Assembly: GCA_902614655.1 (NCBI GenBank)
Contig: CACMLX010000005.1
Span: 2,643-66,642 of the forward strand
Direction of reading: 5' to 3'
From: an uncultured Pelagibacteraceae bacterium
Lineage (GTDB): Bacteria; Pseudomonadota; Alphaproteobacteria; Pelagibacterales; AG-422-B15
DNA length: 64,000 nt
Part shown: piece by piece, positions 61,562 through 64,000 of the stretch
How positions within the stretch are numbered: the stretch's first letter is position 1
Layout: every line of letters begins with the position of its first letter
Position numbers and translations under genes: made by a program
Notes under the pieces: model-generated
The model's database searches: none
The model's input: the letters and a program-made list of their open reading frames with translations, nothing else
Told to the model about the DNA's origin: nothing

Positions 61562-61678
61562 TTATATTCCTGGAATATAAGGAACACCATCACCTTTAAC
61601 AGTTTCATTTATGCTTTGTAGTGTAGTACAAGCTGAAATCATAAAACTGAAAGCTAAAACTGTAAGAGTAGTACGCAT
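61562..61678 (-). CDS. 38-aa putative lipoprotein (entericidin-like size and architecture)
   Basis: Not in the ORF track. Product MRTTLTVLAFSFMISACTTLQSINETVKGDGVPYIPGI has a signal peptide with lipobox ISAC. It is followed by a strong terminator. Confidence 0.45.
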   Translation of the reverse strand: MRTTLTVLAFSFMISACTTLQSINETVKGDGVPYIPGI

Positions 61679-61748
61679 GTTTTTCTCCTATTTATTTAAG
61701 AATACTATATTTAATTAAGTGCTAATTACAATTATTATGTTTAAAATC

Positions 61749-61997
61749 ATGACATTCTATGTGTATATCATTGGTACAACTAATCCTAAGCCGAGAACAT
61801 ATGTTGGCTGGAGCAATGATATTGATAAAAGATTAAGGGCTCATAATACCTCAAAAGGTGCAAAATATACAAGAGGCAGCAAATGGAAACTTTTGTATAA
61901 AGAGATTTTCGAATCTAAATCCGATGCGATGAAGAGGGAAATTGCTTTAAAAAAAGATCGTAAATTTAGAGCGCAGTTTAGAAAGAAATTAGTTTAA
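61749..61997 (+). CDS. GIY-YIG nuclease-superfamily protein (UPF0213-like)
   Basis: FYVYIIG...TYVGWSNDIDKRLRAHN...GAKYTR... matches the GIY-(10-11)-YxG, R, E, N pattern. I start it at ATG 61749 (82 aa). Confidence 0.75.
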   Translation: MTFYVYIIGTTNPKPRTYVGWSNDIDKRLRAHNTSKGAKYTRGSKWKLLYKEIFESKSDAMKREIALKKDRKFRAQFRKKLV

Positions 61998-62411
61998 TGT
62001 CCCGTATTCACTTCTTCCTTTTTTTCTCAGTCCGTAAGGGCCAGCAATATAAATTGTAATTGGCTTAATGCCTGGTTCTAAATCAACTCGGTGTAAATTG
62101 TCAGCACTTCTAAAACCTATATAAAATTTTCCACGCCATTTTCTCTTTTTCTTGATGTTTGTCTCCCAGTACCCTCCACTTAGAATAATAGTAATATATG
62201 GAAAGGGATGATTATGTAGTCCAATTCCGTGATCATTATCTAAAATATGATGAATAAGTATATTGAAAGGAAACCACCTCGGCCTTTTTCTAAAGAGCAA
62301 ATAATATCTAGCCGTCCATGGTTTGGCCAAATGATACTCCGGGTGTGAAGGGCCTCTGTCCATCACAATTTTTTTTCGTCCTAATTTCTCTAGTATCTTA
62401 AGAAAAAGCAT
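61989..62411 (-). CDS. Hypothetical protein, possibly cupin-like
   Basis: Trimmed to ATG 62411 (141 aa) because the listed ORF runs antisense through tRNA-Arg. Contains an HNHPFPYITIILSGGYWE His-rich beta-barrel-like motif. No confident family assignment. Confidence 0.35.
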   Translation of the reverse strand: MLFLKILEKLGRKKIVMDRGPSHPEYHLAKPWTARYYLLFRKRPRWFPFNILIHHILDNDHGIGLHNHPFPYITIILSGGYWETNIKKKRKWRGKFYIGFRSADNLHRVDLEPGIKPITIYIAGPYGLRKKGRSEYGTLN

Positions 62412-62434
62412 GGTACGTGAAATATAATATAGAT

Positions 62435-62511
62435 GCGTCCGTAGCTCAACTGGATAGAGCATCAGACTTCGGATCTGAGGGTTGAGGGTTCGAATCCTTC
62501 CGGGCGCACCA
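62435..62511 (+). tRNA. tRNA-Arg (anticodon TCG)
   Basis: Hand-folded cloverleaf: acceptor GCGTCCG/CGGGCGC, D arm GCTC/GAGC, anticodon stem TCAGA/TCTGA with loop CTTCGGA, T arm GAGGG-TTCGAAT-CCTTC, encoded CCA. Confidence 0.95.
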
Positions 62512-62520
62512 GAAAAAACT

Positions 62521-63120
62521 ATGAAGATATATAAACCATTCGGGCCAACAATAGGTAAAACAAAACTCCCATCGAGAACAGTTACAAACTTAAACAAGTT
62601 TTCAGATCAAGTGTCAAAAAATAAGTCCTTATATAAAAAGTATGATTATGATCATAGGCTCATAGGAAGTATGAAACAGCAGTTTAAAATACCAAATAAA
62701 ATTCTAAAAGCTGGAATAGAAAAACAGATAATTAATTCAATAAAAGATTATTATAAGCAAACTTTAAATATAAAAGTTAAGAAAATTAAAATTGAAAGAG
62801 CTTGGATAGTAAGTCAGTTTGCTGGAGATTTTAATCCACCTCATTTACACAGAGGCAATATCAGTGGTGTGGGTTATTTAAAAATTCCCTCTTCTATAAG
62901 ATTAAATAAAGAAAAAGATTTAGCAGGTTTAATATCATTTTTTGATGGCCGTGTTTCTATGCCCAGGAATAGCCCTCCGCTTGTTAAGCACCGTGAAACA
63001 TTTAAGCCTAAGGTAGGAGATTTGTATATTTTCCCTTCTTTTTTAATGCATGATGTCCACCCTTTTAGAGGAGATGGTGAGAGACGATGTTTTTCTTTTA
63101 ACGCATTCGTAGACGCTTAA
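62521..63120 (+). CDS. Putative 2OG-Fe(II) oxygenase-like protein (PF13759/TIGR02466-like)
   Basis: NPPHLHRGNISGVGYL ... GDLYIFPSFLMHDVHPF ... RRCFSFN fits the H.H...H / R.S.SFN pattern. I start it at ATG 62521, just after the tRNA. Confidence 0.55.
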   Translation: MKIYKPFGPTIGKTKLPSRTVTNLNKFSDQVSKNKSLYKKYDYDHRLIGSMKQQFKIPNKILKAGIEKQIINSIKDYYKQTLNIKVKKIKIERAWIVSQFAGDFNPPHLHRGNISGVGYLKIPSSIRLNKEKDLAGLISFFDGRVSMPRNSPPLVKHRETFKPKVGDLYIFPSFLMHDVHPFRGDGERRCFSFNAFVDA

Positions 63121-63755
63121 TAATGTTTCTTGTTAAAATTTTTTAATTCTTCATTAATTAATTTTTTAGACAAAGAACCTTCGCGTATAATGTTTATTTG
63201 ATTATTTTTAGTTTCAACTAAAGTTGACTCTTTAAAGCTCATTGTGCCTTTTTTTTCGATTGCATAAGCGACATCTTTTGATTTTATTATTCCTAATTGA
63301 TTTAAAGATTTTATATTTATTTCTCCATGAATATTAGCGCTTGTAGTTGCAAGTGGCTTTTGAATGTACTCGAGAATTTTTATAACGTCATTATTTTTTG
63401 GAATCCGTATACCTACCTTAGACAATCTTTTATCCCCATTGTAAAACTTTTTTCCTTTCTTCTTTAATATCAAAGTAAGTGGTCCGGGCCAATATTTTGA
63501 TGCCAAATATTCTTCAAAGGGTGAAAATATTGCAAGCTTTTTAGCTTCAGCAATTGAATGAGTAAACAGAATAAGAGGAAATCTTTTGGGTCTTTTTTTT
63601 ATCTTAAATATATTTTCAACGCCTTGAAAACTCTTTGCATCGGCTGCAATACCATAAACGGTATCAGTTGGGATTACTATAGTTTTTCCTATGAGTAGAC
63701 TTCTAGTAATAATTTTAATATTATTTGAATTTAGATTTATTATTTTAGATTTCAT
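63117..63755 (-). CDS. tsaC: L-threonylcarbamoyladenylate synthase (YrdC/TsaC family)
   Basis: IPTDTVYGIAADA, WPGPLTLIL, VGIRIP and TSANIHG motifs. I prefer the start at 63755 (MKSKIINL...); the listed start 63803 would overlap the divergent gene. Confidence 0.8.
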   Translation of the reverse strand: MKSKIINLNSNNIKIITRSLLIGKTIVIPTDTVYGIAADAKSFQGVENIFKIKKRPKRFPLILFTHSIAEAKKLAIFSPFEEYLASKYWPGPLTLILKKKGKKFYNGDKRLSKVGIRIPKNNDVIKILEYIQKPLATTSANIHGEINIKSLNQLGIIKSKDVAYAIEKKGTMSFKESTLVETKNNQINIIREGSLSKKLINEELKNFNKKHY

Positions 63756-63758
63756 TAA

Positions 63759-64000
63759 ATGACTCAAACACAAATATATTTCGATGATAGTTTTAAAGAT
63801 CATGTATCTTCTCTCGATTATCCAGAGAGAACTGATCGGGTAAAAAATATCATCGATTTAATAAATAATGAAGAATTTAAAAATATATCAATAATTAAAC
63901 CGAATAAGGTAGATTACTCTCATATTTATGAAGCACATGATAAAAGTTTTGTAGATGAAACTCTTGATCGTTTTCCAAAAGATGAACAGATAGTTTTTCT
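63759..64000 (+). CDS. Histone deacetylase/acetylpolyamine amidohydrolase-family protein, N-terminal fragment (runs off the window)
   Basis: The ORF is open from ATG 63759 to the window end: MTQTQIYFDDSFKDHVSSLDYPERTDRV... resembles the H....HPE.P.R start of HDAC-like enzymes. Confidence 0.5.
   Translation, partial: MTQTQIYFDDSFKDHVSSLDYPERTDRVKNIIDLINNEEFKNISIIKPNKVDYSHIYEAHDKSFVDETLDRFPKDEQIVF

Noticed and set aside
62412-62597. N-terminal 62 codons of the listed 202-aa minus-strand ORF (61989-62597)
   Set aside because: This part runs antisense through tRNA-Arg (62435-62511) and reads like typical tRNA-antisense translation (…GRIRTLNPQIRSLMLYPVELRT…). I kept only the part from ATG 62411.

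Overview
The window looks like a streamlined, AT-rich marine alphaproteobacterial chromosome of SAR11/Pelagibacterales type. This rests on roughly 25-38% GC in hand-counted 60-nt lines, very short spacers, many ATGA/TAATG start-stop overlaps, and alphaproteobacterial gene order. I saw no transposase, integrase, CRISPR array or prophage. Layout: (1) 1-5.2 kb holds surface-glycan genes (Wzz-like, gmhA, gmd) with an embedded SET-domain gene. (2) 5-41 kb is core housekeeping: tRNA-Val, rpmJ, pntAA/AB/B, rpsU, purEK, hsp20, rpmE, efp, fba-pgk-gap-tkt, zapA, yebC, tolQRAB-pal-cpoB, tilS, ftsH, folP, glmM, purA, rpoH and rluD. (3) 41.6-61.5 kb is a dense island for quaternary-amine/osmolyte catabolism with no regulator gene. 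It contains a GMC choline-dehydrogenase-like gene, an EamA permease, a ProXWV/OpuA-type ABC transporter, DMG dehydrogenase, BHMT, a DddP-type DMSP lyase, a gamma-butyrobetaine/carnitine module (BBOX-like, carnitine dehydrogenase, BKACE, ALDH, acetoacetyl-CoA synthetase), and a second BBOX-like oxygenase coupled to a PhnZ/TmpB-type HD-domain oxygenase. (4) 61.5-64 kb holds small accessory genes around tRNA-Arg. Main second-look items: the BBOX-like/HD pair, a candidate oxidative C-P cleavage route producing glycine betaine. A single-gene GC-rich (about 45-53%) dddP insertion inside an AT-rich operon. An Hjc-like PD-(D/E)XK nuclease where ruvC-ruvAB normally sits between yebC and tolQ. An unlisted rpsU gene that appears to start at ATA. 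A perfect 14-bp palindrome in the divergent promoter of the carnitine operons. All functional calls come from reading motifs and synteny by eye; no database search was run.
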